From positions 7,812,001-7,876,000 of the forward strand of contig CM075979.1 in NCBI GenBank assembly GCA_038087875.1: a stretch of DNA of 64,000 nucleotides, given 5' to 3'. A program made the position numbers and the translations under genes. This DNA is from Malacoraja senta (Eukaryota). How positions within the stretch are numbered: position 1 is the first letter of the stretch; every line of letters begins with the position of its first letter. Positions 24,601-37,815 of the stretch are shown in pieces. The notes beneath the pieces were generated by a model. That model made no database searches and was not told the DNA's origin. It worked only from the letters and a program-made list of their open reading frames with translations.

Positions 24601-26844
24601 ACAAGATTTTTTTGTGCTGCGAATTGTTATGACTTGTAATTTATTGTAGAGTTATTGGGACAACTTCAACAGTAACATGGGAATTTTTTTTAAAGGGCTG
24701 AAGAGTAAGAGCAGAAAAACTCTAAACTAATTAAATAACTCTCCCACAGGCCTGCTGGACACATTGGTCGCATCTGCTGCTATATTAATCTTTAAGATGT
24801 TGCTTGTCTTGGCAAAATAATGTACTGGGGATAATGCTTATGTATAGCATGCCGGCAAAACCTTTTAAAGCAAGAGTTCTGGGTCATAGATTGCCATACA
24901 AATATCAGAATTTATTTGTCATCTTTATATTGATTGATTCCACAAAATAACAAATAAGTAGCAACTATGAAAATACAAAATTATAATAGTTATTACATTT
25001 TTTTCCAAAATGATTATATTTGGTAGTGGGTGCTGTTTTGTACAATCGGGTTAAAGTGATTTTCTTGTGCTTTTCGATAAAAGTCAGATCTTTGAATTGA
25101 TCGGCGCAATGCAAAGCTGGAGGTTGGCCTTCATGCAAGCCCAACATGCGCTTAAATTGTTCCTACCCGGTGAATAGTGAAGCCACAGCAAGGCATCCAC
25201 ACTGCTGGTCCTGTTGTCACCACTGAGCCTACTCAAGAACTGGATATGCCTGAGGAGCCATACAGATTCAGAGACTATACAAAAGTGTTCCTATTTAGAG
25301 TTTGGAGATACAACGTGGAAACAGGCCTTTCAGCTCACGGAGTCCACACCGACCAACGATCACCCGTACATTGGTTCTATGTTCGAAAATTATTGATGCT
25401 TGTAGATAAGTGAAAACTTGAGAAAGGAGATGTGCCGTCAGTTTGAATTATGTGCTTGAACTCAGTAGCTTGAAGAATCCTTTTATTCCCACTCGTTATA
25501 GGTCTTTGCTCCTTGCTAACACGTTTTGACTGATATTCATTGGCACATGCAAGGGACAAGCGTTCAGCTATTCTGAGAACTAACACCAGCAATGGTATGT
25601 TTTCAATATCCTCTGCACAGTAGGATGGTGCAGTGTGTTAGACTTGTTGGCCCTCATTGCTCTCGAGTTTTAATGCATTAATCGTATTAAATGATTGTTT
25701 TTTAATAAATGGCACCTGCTTATGTAATGGAGATGCAGAATAAATTTCAAGGCGTTGATGAATGCCTTTCGTGAATCTAATTACCACGGTTGCTCTTTTC
25801 ATTATTCCTGCCAGATTGGATAAAACGTTTTTGATGAGAAAGCTCCAGCAAGACATGTGATGTTAATTGATTAGATCCATTTGGCCATTTCTCCATCATC
25901 TTTTATTCTTTGGAGTAGCACTCTGCATTTGGAACAGGCTTCTTTCACTTGTTAGCAGTGTGAGCCTGAAGCATTCGACCAAAAGTCATGTTGCGATAAC
26001 TGATGTCAGAAATAATTAACTCTGATTTACGCGCAAGGCTTGCACAAATATTTTGTTTGTGGAAAAATATTGTCGCACTTACCTTGCATGTGCTCATTAG
26101 GTTTTGACCTTGCACAGAAGCATCAGGCATCCATGTGAAAATGGTTTAGCAGAGGAGCTGAAATAGATATCATTTCCATTTGTAACTGTATGGTTCTTCC
26201 TCTCATATATTTTCCTCATGCCAACCAATGTTATAAAATGACATTCTTACAAAGGAGGAGAACCGTTCCTTAAATATTTACTCTGACCAGGGTCATAGCT
26301 TTGTAATCCTTACAAAACACCTACAACTGAGGAGTAAATTCAAGGCGCCCAAGAGGAAAGGTTTGATTGCACTGTTTTGCATTCCCACAGAGTAGCTGAT
26401 CCACATGAATCATTAATGAGAACCTTTTAAATGGAGATGCTGTGAACTAATTTTTTTTTAAACATTTGGTACTCAGAGCAACAATATACTGCAAAGTGGA
26501 ACATAAAAGCTATATTCTGGGTTTACTTTTTTTTAATGGAAGTTTAATAATAAATGAAAGTGGTTAACTTTCAAGCAGTAAGCAACACATAAAAGTATCT
26601 TGAACATCTTAGTCTATTTAACTGTCGGGTAAGATTCATTGCTTTTTAAATAAATGGATGTGACAGATTTAACATAGTAGTTTATATATTTTTGAGAGAT
26701 GGGAATTCTCAGAAGTTGGCTTCTTAAGAATGAGAAAGTTTGTTTTCTCAGAGTGGGGCCTTTGTTCTGAGGAAGGAAATGACACTATTATGATCTCATC
26801 AACACAATGTGCAGGTCTGCAGGTGAAACATTAATTCAGTTGTC

Positions 26845-27062
26845 GACACAAGGAATTGCAGACGCTGGAATTTTGAGCAAAAATCAAAGTGTTGGAGGAA
26901 CTTAGGGGGGCCAGGCTGCATCCGTGGAGGGGAATGGATAAATGATGTTTCGGTTTGGGATCCTAGCTAAAAAAGGGTCCCAGCTTGAAACATCATCTGT
27001 CCATTTCCCACCACAAATGCTGCCTGATCCCCTAGGTTCCTGCAGCAGTTTGTTTTTTGCTC
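26845..27062. repeat. Degenerate palindromic copy of the hammerhead-motif repeat
   Basis: gcaaaaaatcaaagtgttggaggaact...gatgtttcggtttgggatcc and gggtcccagcttgaaacatc...gttcctgcagcagtttgttttttgctc form inverted arms. Confidence 0.65.
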
Positions 27063-27391
27063 ATTTACCCATTTACTTCCACCACAGATGCAGTCTGCAG
27101 TTCTGAATATTTCCAGCATTATGTATTTTTATTCTGCCGTCGAAAGTAATACAATATTATTTTTCCTATTGTGGAATAATCCAGCTCAAACTACCAATAA
27201 GTGCATTACACAATAATTTATCTGTCTGCACAAGGGATGAAGTGTGGTAATGCTTCCTTGATTTATTGTAAATTACTAATTCAGGTGACTGCAGAGTCTA
27301 TATTTTGAGACATGATGGATTTTATATTTTTATATTAGTGAGCTATGAAAGTATGGAGGGCATTATCGATTTTGAATCCTCAATACATATA

Positions 27392-29008
27392 CAGTGGCTT
27401 GCAAAAGTATTCATACCCCTTGAACTTTTCCACATTTTGTCACGTTACAACCACAAACGTAAATGTATTTTATTGGGATTTTATGTGATAGACCAACACA
27501 AAGTGGCGCATAATTGTGAAGTGGAAGGAAAATGATACATGGTTTTCAAATTTTTTTACAAATTCAAAACTGAAAAGTGTCGCGTGCAAAAGTATTCAGC
27601 CCCCTTTACTCTGATACCCCTAAATAAAATCCAGTGCAACCAATTGCCTTCAGAAGTCACCTAATTAGTAAATAGAGTCCACTTGTGTGTAATCTAATCT
27701 CAGTATAAATACAGCTGTTCTGTGAAGGCCTCAGAGGTTTGTTAGAGAACATTAGTGAACAAACAGCATCATGAAGCCCAAGGAACACACCAGACAGGTC
27801 AGGGATAAAGTTGTGGAGAAGTTTAAAGCAGGGTTAGGTTATAAACAAATATCCCAAGCTTTGAACATCTCACGGAGCACTGTTCAATCCATCATCCGAA
27901 AATGGAAAGAGTATGGCACAACTGCAAATCTACCAAGACATGGCCGTCCACCTAAACTGACAGGCCGGGCAAGGAGAGCATTGATCAGTGAAGCAGCCAA
28001 GAGGCCCATGGTAACTCTGGAGGAGCTGCAAAGATCCACAGCTCAGGTGGGAGAATCTGTCCACAGGACAACTATTAGTCGTGCACTCCACAAATCGGGC
28101 CTTTATGGAAGAGTGGCAAGAAGAAAGCCATTGTTGAAAAAAAGCCATAAGAAGTCCCGTTTGCAGTTTGCCACAAGCCATGTGGGGGACACAGAAAACA
28201 TGTGGAGGAAGGTGCTCTGGTCAGATGAGACCAAAATTGAAGTTTTTGGCCTAAATGCAAAACGCTATGTGTGGCGGAAACCTAACACTGCACATCACCC
28301 TGAACACACCATCCCCACTGTGAAACATGGTGGTGGAAGCATCATGCTGTGGGGATGCTTTTCTTCAGCAGGGACAGGGAAGCTGGTCAGAGTTGATGGG
28401 AAGATGGATGGAGCCAAATACAGGGCAATCTTGGAAGAAAACCTGTTAGAGTCTGCAAAAGACTTGAGACTGGGGCGGAGGTTCACCTTCCAGCAGGACA
28501 ACGACCCTAAACATACAGCCAGAGCTACAATGGAATGATTTAGATCAAAGCATATTCATGTGTAAGAATGGCCCAGTCAAAGTCCAGACCTAAACCCAAT
28601 TGAGAATCTCTGGCAAGACTTGAAAATTGCTGTTCACAGACGCTCTCCATCCAATCTGACTGAGCTTGAGCTATTTTGCAAGGAAGAATGGGCAAAAATG
28701 TCAGTCTCCAGATGTGCAAAGCTGGTAGAGACATACCCCAAAAGACTTGCAGCTGTAATTGCAGCGAAAGGTGGTTCTACAAAGTATTGACTCAGGGGGG
28801 CTGAATACTTTTGCACGCGACACTATTCAGTTTTTAATTTGTAAAAAAATTTGAAAACCATGTATCATTTTCCTTCCACTTCACAATTATGCACCACTTT
28901 GTGTTGGTCTATCACATAAAATCCTGATAAAATACATTTACGTTTGTGGTTGTAACGTGACAAAATGTGGAAAAGTTCAAGGGGTATGAATACTTTTGCA
29001 AGCCACTG
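27392..29008 (+). mobile_element. Full-length Tc1 DNA transposon (IR/DR type, Passport/Eagle-like)
   Basis: TA flanks at 27390-91 and 29009-10; ~210-bp near-perfect TIRs starting cagtggcttgcaaaagtattca, with an internal repeat of gcaaaagtattca. Confidence 0.97.
27771..28790 (+). pseudogene. Tc1 DD34E transposase, 339 codons, two in-frame stops
   Basis: Paired-like N-terminus, [27 protein letters not shown] (34 residues between D and E); TGA at 28536-38, TAA at 28563-65, no frameshift. Confidence 0.95.
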
Positions 29009-29939
29009 TAGTTCAGCAAGAGTGTAACTACTACTTGCATCGTTCCTGCAGATCCCCCTGTGGATAGGCATTGGATTCTGATTTCTTATCACTATAGGCT
29101 GCAGTAGTAAAGGAAAACAAGTAATCTGAGCAAGTGCGTGTATAATGAATAGCAACACAAAATCTTTGAGTGCTGTTTGAAAAATGAATCCACCTGTCAT
29201 CCTCATTAATGCTGATCGAAACAAAGGGTTAAAATCACCAGAAATGTATTCCTCACCAAATCTCCTTAAACCTTTAAGATGCTTCATGGTAAATTTGCAA
29301 CAGTTAATCTTTTTTTGTTGTTCATTCCTTTCCCAGTTATGGTCTCGGATGTAAATATCATTGTCTCAGTTCCTTTCTTCAGTTAGTTCTATCTGGTTCT
29401 ATCCTAGCCACATGAGTTTCTTCCCACATTGCAAATATATGTTGTTTGGTGGATTAATTGCCTGCCATAAATCACCCTTAATGCAGATTGGGGGTATAAT
29501 CAGGAGTTTTGAAGGGCATGGAAGAGAGAATAGGTGTTGAGAAAGAAGTGGCAATGGATAACGTGATGCTCTACCTAAAAGAATTGCTCTGGGGACTTGC
29601 ATAGATACAATGGACTGAATGGCTTCCTCCCATATTGAGAGAAAAAATGAAAATAATTTCAAATACTAAATTAACAAAAATTCTGAACTTTTTGTGGCAG
29701 TCTGAATATGATGAATTGAGCTGTGGTGATCTTTATCACATTGCATAATTTCACATATCTCTGGAATATAGATCCTTATTTTCCTCTGGAGAAAAGTAAT
29801 TAAACATTTAATTGTGTAATTTGGACTGTTTCCTGCTGGATCCAATTTTTCGCTGAAAATCTTGGAACCTGGGTTATCATCAAATTTGAAGGGAAAGTTT
29901 TACATCAAATCAATTTTCCTCTGTATTTGCTTCTGTTTA

Positions 29940-30370
29940 CTGACCAGTCCATCACCAGCTTTGACCTTCCCACCATCGAAGGGATCTATCAAAGTCGCTG
30001 CCTCAAAAGGGCAGTCAACATCATCAAATACCCATAGCATACTGGCCACACTCATTTCACCATTGCCATCGGGAAGAAGGTACAGGAGCCTGAAAACTGT
30101 AACGTCCAGGTTCAGGAACAGCTACTTCCCTACAGCCATCAGGCTATTAAACATGACAACAAATAAGCTCTGAACTGCAACAAACTATCATTATTATTGC
30201 ACAATACTTGTATTTTATTGAGATTGCGTATGTGTGCATGTGTATACACACACTGAACTTTTTTTCTTCTCCCGTTATGTACTATGTTTACATATTCTGT
30301 TGTGCTGCAGCAAGCAAGAATTTCATTGTCCCATGTGGGACAAATGACAATAAAACATTCTTGACTCTTC
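29940..30370 (+). mobile_element. Rex1/Babar LINE 3' end
   Basis: LPSGRRYRSLKT.TSRFRNSYFPTAIRLLN then gacaataaa..ttcttgactct tail. Confidence 0.85.
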
Positions 30371-30654
30371 ACTATTGGGTCGGTGTCTCAAATCAAAATA
30401 ACGCAGAACAATCCTTGTAATGTTAATTTTATAATAAAGTTGGATAGATTTTAGTTGCGCAGGTTGAACTACATTTTTATATCTAATTATGGGAAATTGA
30501 GGCATGATATACAAGTAGTCGTTTTCATTAATTCCCCTTGTTTCTGATCATCTGGAAGAGATGGGTTGAGGAACCATCGTGCCGCAACTAAGAGCAGTCC
30601 AGAGTTAGTCTACCTCGATGGAGACCCTCGAACTACCTTTAATCAGACTTTAAA

Positions 30655-31295
30655 GTGAAGGTAGACACAAAATGCTGGAGTAACTCAGCGGGACAGGCAG
30701 CATCTCTGGACAGAAGAATGGGTGACGTTTCAGGTCGAGACCCTTCTACAGACTTTTTCTTCCTTTACTTTCTTTTTTTCGTCATGGAGTAAGAATGTTC
30801 TTGTTCCATGAGCAGAGTTTGGACTTTGGATCACCCTTCTGCAAATAGTATTTGATGCATTATTATTTTTTAAATTGAAGATTCTAAACTACTCGTGTTA
30901 AAGGTAGACAAAAGTGTTGGAGAAACTCAGCGGGTGCGGCAGCATCTATGGAGCGAAGGAAATAGACAACGTTTCGTGCCGAAACCCTTCTTCAGACTCT
31001 GAACCGCACCCGCTGAGTTTCTCCAGCACTTTTGTCTACCTTCGATTTTCCAACATCTGCAGTTCCTTCTTAAACACTAGTGTTAAAGGATGTAGGGGAA
31101 AGGCAGATAGACACAAAATGCTGGAGTAACTCAACAGGTGAGGCAGTATCTCTGGAGAGAAGGAATGCGTGACGTTTCGGGTCGAGACCCTTCTTCAGAA
31201 ATGTCAGCAGAGATGCTTGCCTGTCCCGCTGAGTTACTCCACCTTATTATGTCTACATTTGATTTAAACCAGCATCTGCAGTTCTTTCCTACACA
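30655..31295. repeat. Cluster of hammerhead-motif/palindromic repeats (30655-30755, 30900-31075, 31105-31295)
   Basis: Minus strand of 31171-31198 reads CTGAAGAAGGGTCTCGACCCGAAACGTC; inverted arms tgctggagtaactca / tgagttactcca. Confidence 0.8.
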
Positions 31296-31654
31296 TTTAA
31301 TCAGACTTTCCTGGATTTTATCTTGCATTAAACAGTATTTGCTTATCATGTATCTGTACACTGCAGATGGCTTGATTGTAATGTGTAGGAAGGAACTGCT
31401 GATGCTGGTTTAAACCGAAGATCAACACCATATGCTGGAATAACGCAGCAGGACAGGTAGCAGCTCTGGAGAGAAGTAATCATGTATTGTCTTTCCGCTG
31501 ACTGGTTAGCGGAAAGACTAAAGCTTTTCACTGCACCTTGGTATAAGTGACAATAAACTAAACTAACAAACTAACTAAGCCAGATTTGTATCTGCTGGAC
31601 TTTAGAAGAATGAGAGAGGTATTGATGGAAACCTATAAGACCCCAAGTGGTCCT

Positions 31655-32095
31655 GCGTTAATTCCCAGGATGGCGGGACTGTCATATGCTGAGAGAATGG
31701 AGCAGCTTGTATACTCTGGAATTTAGAAGAATGAGAGGGGATCTTATTGAAATATATAAGATTATTAAGGGTTTCGACACGCTAGAGGCAGAAAACATGT
31801 TTGCGATGTTGGGGGAGTCCAGAACGAGGGGCCACAGTTTAAGAATAAGGGGTAAGCCATTTAGAACAGAGATGAGGAAACACGTTTTCACACAGAGAGT
31901 TGTAAGTCTGTGGAATTCTCTGCCTCAGAGGGCAGTGGAGGCTGGTTCTCTCAATACTTTCAAGAAAGAGCTAGATGGGGCTCTTAAAGATAGCAGGGTC
32001 AGGGGATAAGGGGTGATGGCAGGAACGGGGTACTGATTGTGGATGATCAGCTCGAAGGGCCAAATCACCTACTCCTGCACCTATTGTCTATTGTC
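31655..32095 (+). mobile_element. CR1/HER1 LINE 3' end
   Basis: LYTLEFRRMRGDLIE..KIIKG...RTRGHSLRI; (ctattgt)n tail. Confidence 0.9.
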
Positions 32096-33527
32096 CTGAC
32101 AAAGTGAATGTGGAGAGGATGTGTTTCCTCTTGTGTGGGCATCGAGAATCGGGACACATTAAAAAACAAGGATTGCCCTTTAAATGCAAAGAAAATACAA
32201 CTTTCTTTCTCCAGGAATCACACGTCTTAGGAACTCTCCACCTCAACGAATGGTGTAAGCAAAGCTTTGGAGTATATTGAAGGTGGACATGGATAGATAC
32301 TAGATAAATGGGTCAAAGGATACTCTGGACAGATGGGAATACAGAGTTAAGCAGAACTGTCATGATCTTATTAAATGGTGGAGGAAACCTGTGGGGCCAA
32401 GTGGCCCATTGCACCTTATTTGTATGTATACATGTAAACTGGTATTCTAATAACTTGCCAGATTTACCTCTTTGTTTGCTCATTCTTTGCTTCTCATAGG
32501 GATGTTGAGGTGCATTGGTCTGTATTTTTCAAAGGCGAGGTTCACTTTTTATTTGATCATTAACCACAACGTTTTCAGTTTTTAGAAGGCAGATTAGCCC
32601 AATCCCGTACAGGGGAGCAGTGGAGGCTACATGTGGACAAGAAGCAACGATACTCCTAACTAGTCAGATCGAGGAAACTTCACTGTAAAATATAAACCAG
32701 GAAAAAGAAGGCATCAAATATAAAATAGGATTTAACTGGAGTATAGAAAAAGAAATGACGCTTAGAAAATATAAATTGTAATAAAGGAGAGAAAGCAAAG
32801 AGAAAATAATCTAAAACAATTAAAAAATCTTCACGGCTGTTTCTGAAGGAATGAACATTCACATTTATAACATTCCTTTAAATGGAGTAGAGACATTGTT
32901 TAGAAACATTTATTACTGTCATTGTTTGAAAAGACTCCACATTCATGAACCTAGGCACATTCTACACTGTCAGTGTGTTACAGCTGAGTAGTTAATCCTG
33001 TTGCAGTTATTTAAGTATTAATCTTGTGCAAAGATTGTAACCTCATTTACTGTGGAAGATGGATTTCTGACTGTACTTCCTGATTTGTGCATGGATTGTG
33101 TATGTGCAGTTACTGGACATTTATCTAATTTATCCTCTTATGATATTGATCAATGATAGCCTCATTGAACCAGATTTTTATAACAAGAACTACAATGTCT
33201 TCTGTGACACAGTAGGAGATAAGAATACCAAATGCAGGTGTGAAGCAAACCCTTAAATTAAATGAATTGCATTGGTGATTGAGTGATAGATTCTCCATAA
33301 TCTCATGTGTTCAGATGCCATTGTACAATAAGTGATTGTTAAAAGCGTATACTTCAAACTGCTCTCTGCAATTCAAAGTTTTGTATATAATTTTCTTTTA
33401 ATACTCTCACATAACAGGAGATGGTTTTGATTGTTACAATCTATTCCTTCCCCTTGGACCCACTGTATTTCAAATCTCTTCTCACTGCTGACTGATTGCA
33501 GCACCATAGGAAACACTATAGATCAGC

Positions 33528-33713
33528 ATAGACACAATATGGTGAGGTAACTCAGTGGGTCAGGCAGCATCTCTGGAGCAAAGGAATGGGTGACGTTTCG
33601 GGTCGAGATCCTTCCGTCACCTATTCCTTTCCTCCAGAGATGCCGCCTGACCCGCTGAGTTACTCCAGCATTTATCCTTGGTGTAAACCAGCATCTGCAG
33701 TTCCTTCCTACAC
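33528..33713. repeat. Palindromic hammerhead-motif repeat with central deletion
   Basis: gtaactcagtgggtcaggcagcatctctggag...ctccagagatgccgcctgacccgctgagttac; cactatagatcagcat duplicated on both sides. Confidence 0.75.
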
Positions 33714-34091
33714 TATAGATCAGCATTCTCTCCAACTCTGAGTAGCTGTCCATTTGATCTCCACTATGGGAAGATTCATTTGTAGGCACCTACAACTGTG
33801 CACTGAAGTGAACTTGGCCTGAGTTCAGTGAGATATAGGCCATACAGCCTGAATCTGCTGACCAGCAAGCATCCATTTACTCACACCATATTTTCTCTCT
33901 CCATTCCCATCAGCTCTTCCCAAATATAACTGCAGGCATAATCAATAATGCTTGATATATAATCCAAGATCATTGAAGGTAAAGTGTGAGGTGGTGGCCA
34001 CAATTTCATTTGTGAATGAGGAAGGCTGAGTTCAAGACCTACTCCAGCCACTTACACACAAATAAATATCTAGACTGACACTCCATGAATA

Positions 34092-34445
34092 AGGTAGTGG
34101 CACAGTGGTTAAATTATCAAATGTGTAACCCAAAACCCTGGATTACCAATCCAGAGACCTGAGTTCAGATCTCACCATTAAAGCAGTATAATTTAAATTC
34201 AGTTAATAATCTTGAATATGAAAGATATTAAACAGCTAGTCTTAATGATTACCATGAAACACACGAATTGTCATAAAAACTTATCTAGTTCACTCATGTT
34301 CTTCTGGGAGGCATCCTGTCATCTCTCCCAATATGTGACTCCATGCGCACAGCTATGTTGTCTATGTTCAGGGCAGTTAGTGATTGGCAATAAATGCTGG
34401 CCTTACCATCGATGCTAACATCCCAAAATAAATAAATGAAAGAAA
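34092..34445 (+). mobile_element. Old tRNA-derived SINE with L2-type tail
   Basis: Head ggtagtggcacagtggtt...gagttcagatctcacc; tail gggcagttag.gattggcaataaatgctggcctt...catccc then A-rich. Confidence 0.6.
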
Positions 34446-34522
34446 AAAAGGCATAAAAGAGTTCATGTCAGTGGTTTATAGAATAGTGATGTTATCCCAA
34501 ATGCCCTGACAATATTCATATT

Positions 34523-34830
34523 GGGCGGCACATTGGCGCAGTGGTAGAGTTGCTGTCTTACTGCGCCAGAGACCCGGGTTCGATCATGACTACAGGTGCT
34601 GTCTGTACAGAGTACGATCTCCCATGACCATGTGGGTTTTCAACGGGTGTTCTGGTTTTCTCCCATATTCCAAAACCATACAGGTTTGTAGGTTAATTAG
34701 CTTTGGTAAAAATGTAAAATGTCCCTAGTGTGCTTGATAGTGCTAGTGTACGGGAGTCACTGCTCAGCGTGGACTCGGTGGGCTGAAGGGCCTGTTTCCG
34801 CACTGTATCTAAATTAAATCTCTAAACTAA
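34523..34830 (+). mobile_element. HE1/V-SINE
   Basis: A box tggcgcagtggt, B box ggttcgatc, V-domain-like core, CR1-like tail gggctgaagggcctgtttcc..(taaac)n. Confidence 0.9.
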
Positions 34831-36393
34831 ATAATCAAATCCAACTTCCATACTTCAAGAAAGATGCCCTTGATTTGTGCTGCAGAGAATATTTACAAGG
34901 TTGATTGCTGGGCTGAAGCAATTTGTCATATGAAGAAAGGTTGAGCAAGTTGGCCCTATGCTTATAAGTGTATGGAAGAATAAGAAGTGATCATATAAGA
35001 TTCTGACAGAATTGACAAGGTGGATACTAGGCGGATGTGTCCTTCTGTGGAGGAGTCTCGAACAAGATGGCATTGTTACGGAATGAGGGGTTTCCCATCG
35101 GATGCAGATGCAGATGAGAAGGAACAACTTCCCTCAGAGTCACAAATCTTTGGAATTCTCTATTTCAGAGATTTCAGTATCAAATCCAGCACTGAGGCAG
35201 CTCCCCAACTTGCTGCGCCACTTAAGTTGTCATCTAAGAAGTTTTTATTGGCAGCTCCTTGAAATAAAGCTATCGAATGAAAGCTATACCCTCCGTGTTC
35301 ACTTAACCTAGAAAACTAATATGTCATAGCTACACATACCACTTAATTCTGCTAATACTTTTGTAGCTACAATTTCAGCACTAATTTCAACTTTAAGGCA
35401 TGATTTGTGCAGATGAATATTATAAACTTAACATTTATTGGTTGAATGATAAAGAGCTTTATATATTTGCGTTGATTTAGTTTTATTCTTGACAATTACG
35501 GAATAGGAAAGCAAGTACATTAGAATGTACATGTGGGAAAATAATGTATGCTGTTTTATAGCGAGCTTGATACAGTAGGGCTTTTTCATTAACAGCAATA
35601 TGTAGAGTAAAGGTGCTGGAATCACAAAACACATTGGAGTATTTTCAGCCTAAGTATTAGCATCTATAGTGCCAACATTTGCAACAAAAGTCACTGTGTT
35701 TCAATACATTCGTGAAACTTCAGTCAAGTATGCAAGACCTATTCCTTGTGTTTTTGAATGACTTGAGACTATAGGACTTGCTGGAGAATTGAATCTAAAT
35801 CTTCATAAAAATCACATGCATAAAACGTCATTCTCTTCATCATGTATCTGTATACTCAACTTTTCGCTTAATTGTAATCATGTATTGCCTTTTCACTGAC
35901 TGGTTTGCGTGCAAAAAAAAGCTTTTCACTGTATCTCGGTAACATGTGACAATAAACTAAACTAAAGGTTTGGCTACCAATAGCAGCAAAGGAAATTGGG
36001 ACTATGCAAGATACCAGAAATGGAGAAGCTAGGTATATCGAATGGTTAGTAGATAAAAATGCTGGAGAACCTCAGCTGGTGAGGCAGCATCTATGGAGCG
36101 AAGGAAATAGGCAACGTTTCGGGTCGAAACCCTTCTTCGAATGGTTGTAATGCTGAGGAAGGTTACAGAAACAGGGATGGGCCTTTTATCCAGGGATTCA
36201 AACATAAGGATAAGAAATTGTTACCAGAAGCACACAATCTGCTAGGTCGCATTTCTAATGCTTTTTTTCCCCCCATTATAGAGCAATCCTTAAGCTCTCA
36301 CGTAGTTAAAAATATTTACTGTGCAGCTGAGTTGACCTTCAAATAAAATGTAAAGAAAAAAATAAATTGAAACACTTATTATTAACCTAGATC

Positions 36394-36612
36394 CATGTTC
36401 CCGATGTTGGGGGAGCCCAGAACCAGGGGCCACAATTTAAGAAAAAGGGATAGGCCATCTAGAACTGAGATGAGGGAAATCTTTTTCACACAGAGAGTTG
36501 TGAATTTGTGGAATTCTCTGCCTCAGAAGGCAGTGGAGGCCGATTCACTGGATGCATTCAAAAGAGAGTTAGATAGAGCTCTTTGGGCTAGCGGAATCAA
36601 TGGGTATGGGGA
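36394..36612 (+). mobile_element. CR1/HER1 3' fragment
   Basis: MFPMLGEPRTRGHNL...FFTQRVVNLWNSLPQKAVEA. Confidence 0.85.
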
Positions 36613-36777
36613 ATGTGAAATTAATAGATATTGCTGCGATTTGAGGGGATGTGGACATTGCTGGTAAATGACTATCATTTATTGAACTTGAGAAGGTGGC
36701 ATGGAGCTTCCCTCTTAATCTTCTGCACACAGTATGATGGAATTCCCACATCATACTGAAAGACTGGCACCACATTC

Positions 36778-36995
36778 CCCAAAGATGCTGGAGTAACTCC
36801 GGGGGTTCAGGCAGCATCTATGGAGAAAATGGATTGGTGAGGTTTTGGGTCAGGCCCCTTCTTCACGTCTTGGACTGAAGAAGGGACCCGACCCGAAACA
36901 TCACCCATCCATTTTCTCCAGAGATGCTGCATGAGCTGCTGAGTTACTCCAGCATTTTATGTCTATCTTTGGCATAAACCAGAATCTGCAGTTCA
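36778..36995. repeat. Palindromic repeat with back-to-back hammerhead-like cores
   Basis: CTGAAGA...GAAAC on + at 36875-36899 and a degenerate mirror copy on - at ~36838-36866; arms of ~90 bp. Confidence 0.8.
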
Positions 36996-37611
36996 TTTTT
37001 ATTGCACCATATTTCCCAGTCAGGGCACGGTTTGATTTGCAAGCAGACTTGGGCAGTGGGTGCATGGGAATATTTGTTCTTTTGGATGTTACAGGTGTCA
37101 GATTTGGGAAGGACTATTGTAAACTGGTTCTGGAAGTAGAACGCTGGGGCCAGGATTATGTTCACATTAATTTCATCACAAATGGTTTGGATTAGAGTGT
37201 TGGAAAGGCAAACTGAAACTATGCCAACATCATCAAAATATAGTTTGCTAAGCAGCAAGAATAACTGCAATCTCAGTGATAGTCTGTTTCATAGGATCAG
37301 CAGTCAGATGGCAGATGTATATAATGCAAGATAGATATGAGTTCATTCATTTGGCAATGGGAATTGGAGTGCCAGTAGATGAGCACAAACCTACAATTTC
37401 AAACACTTCATTTTCAAATTGACAGTGTTAGTTCATGAACCAGTAGATAGGCCACATAGTAAAGTATAATACAATCTGTGCAAGTGAATGATTAAATTAC
37501 TGTTCAGTTTGCCTCATCCCAATATATAAATATCTTTATAGCGAACAGAATTATGAATACATGAGGATAATACCAGGTATGGGCAACCATATCTTTAATG
37601 AGCAACTAGTG

Positions 37612-37815
37612 GGCTGCAAGGCAGTGCAGCGGTAGAGTTGCTGCCTTACAGCGCCAGAGAGCCGGGTTCAATCCTGACTATGGGTGCTGTCTGTACGGGT
37701 GTTTGTACGTTCTCTCCGTGACCTGTGTGGGTTTTCTCCACTTTCTCCAGAGTGCTCTATTTTCCTCCCACTCTCCAAAGATGTACAGGTAGGTTAATTG
37801 GATTCGGTAAAAAAA
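37612..37815 (+). mobile_element. HE1/V-SINE, 3'-truncated
   Basis: gcagcggtagagttgctgccttacagcgccagaga..gggttcaatcc. Confidence 0.85.
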
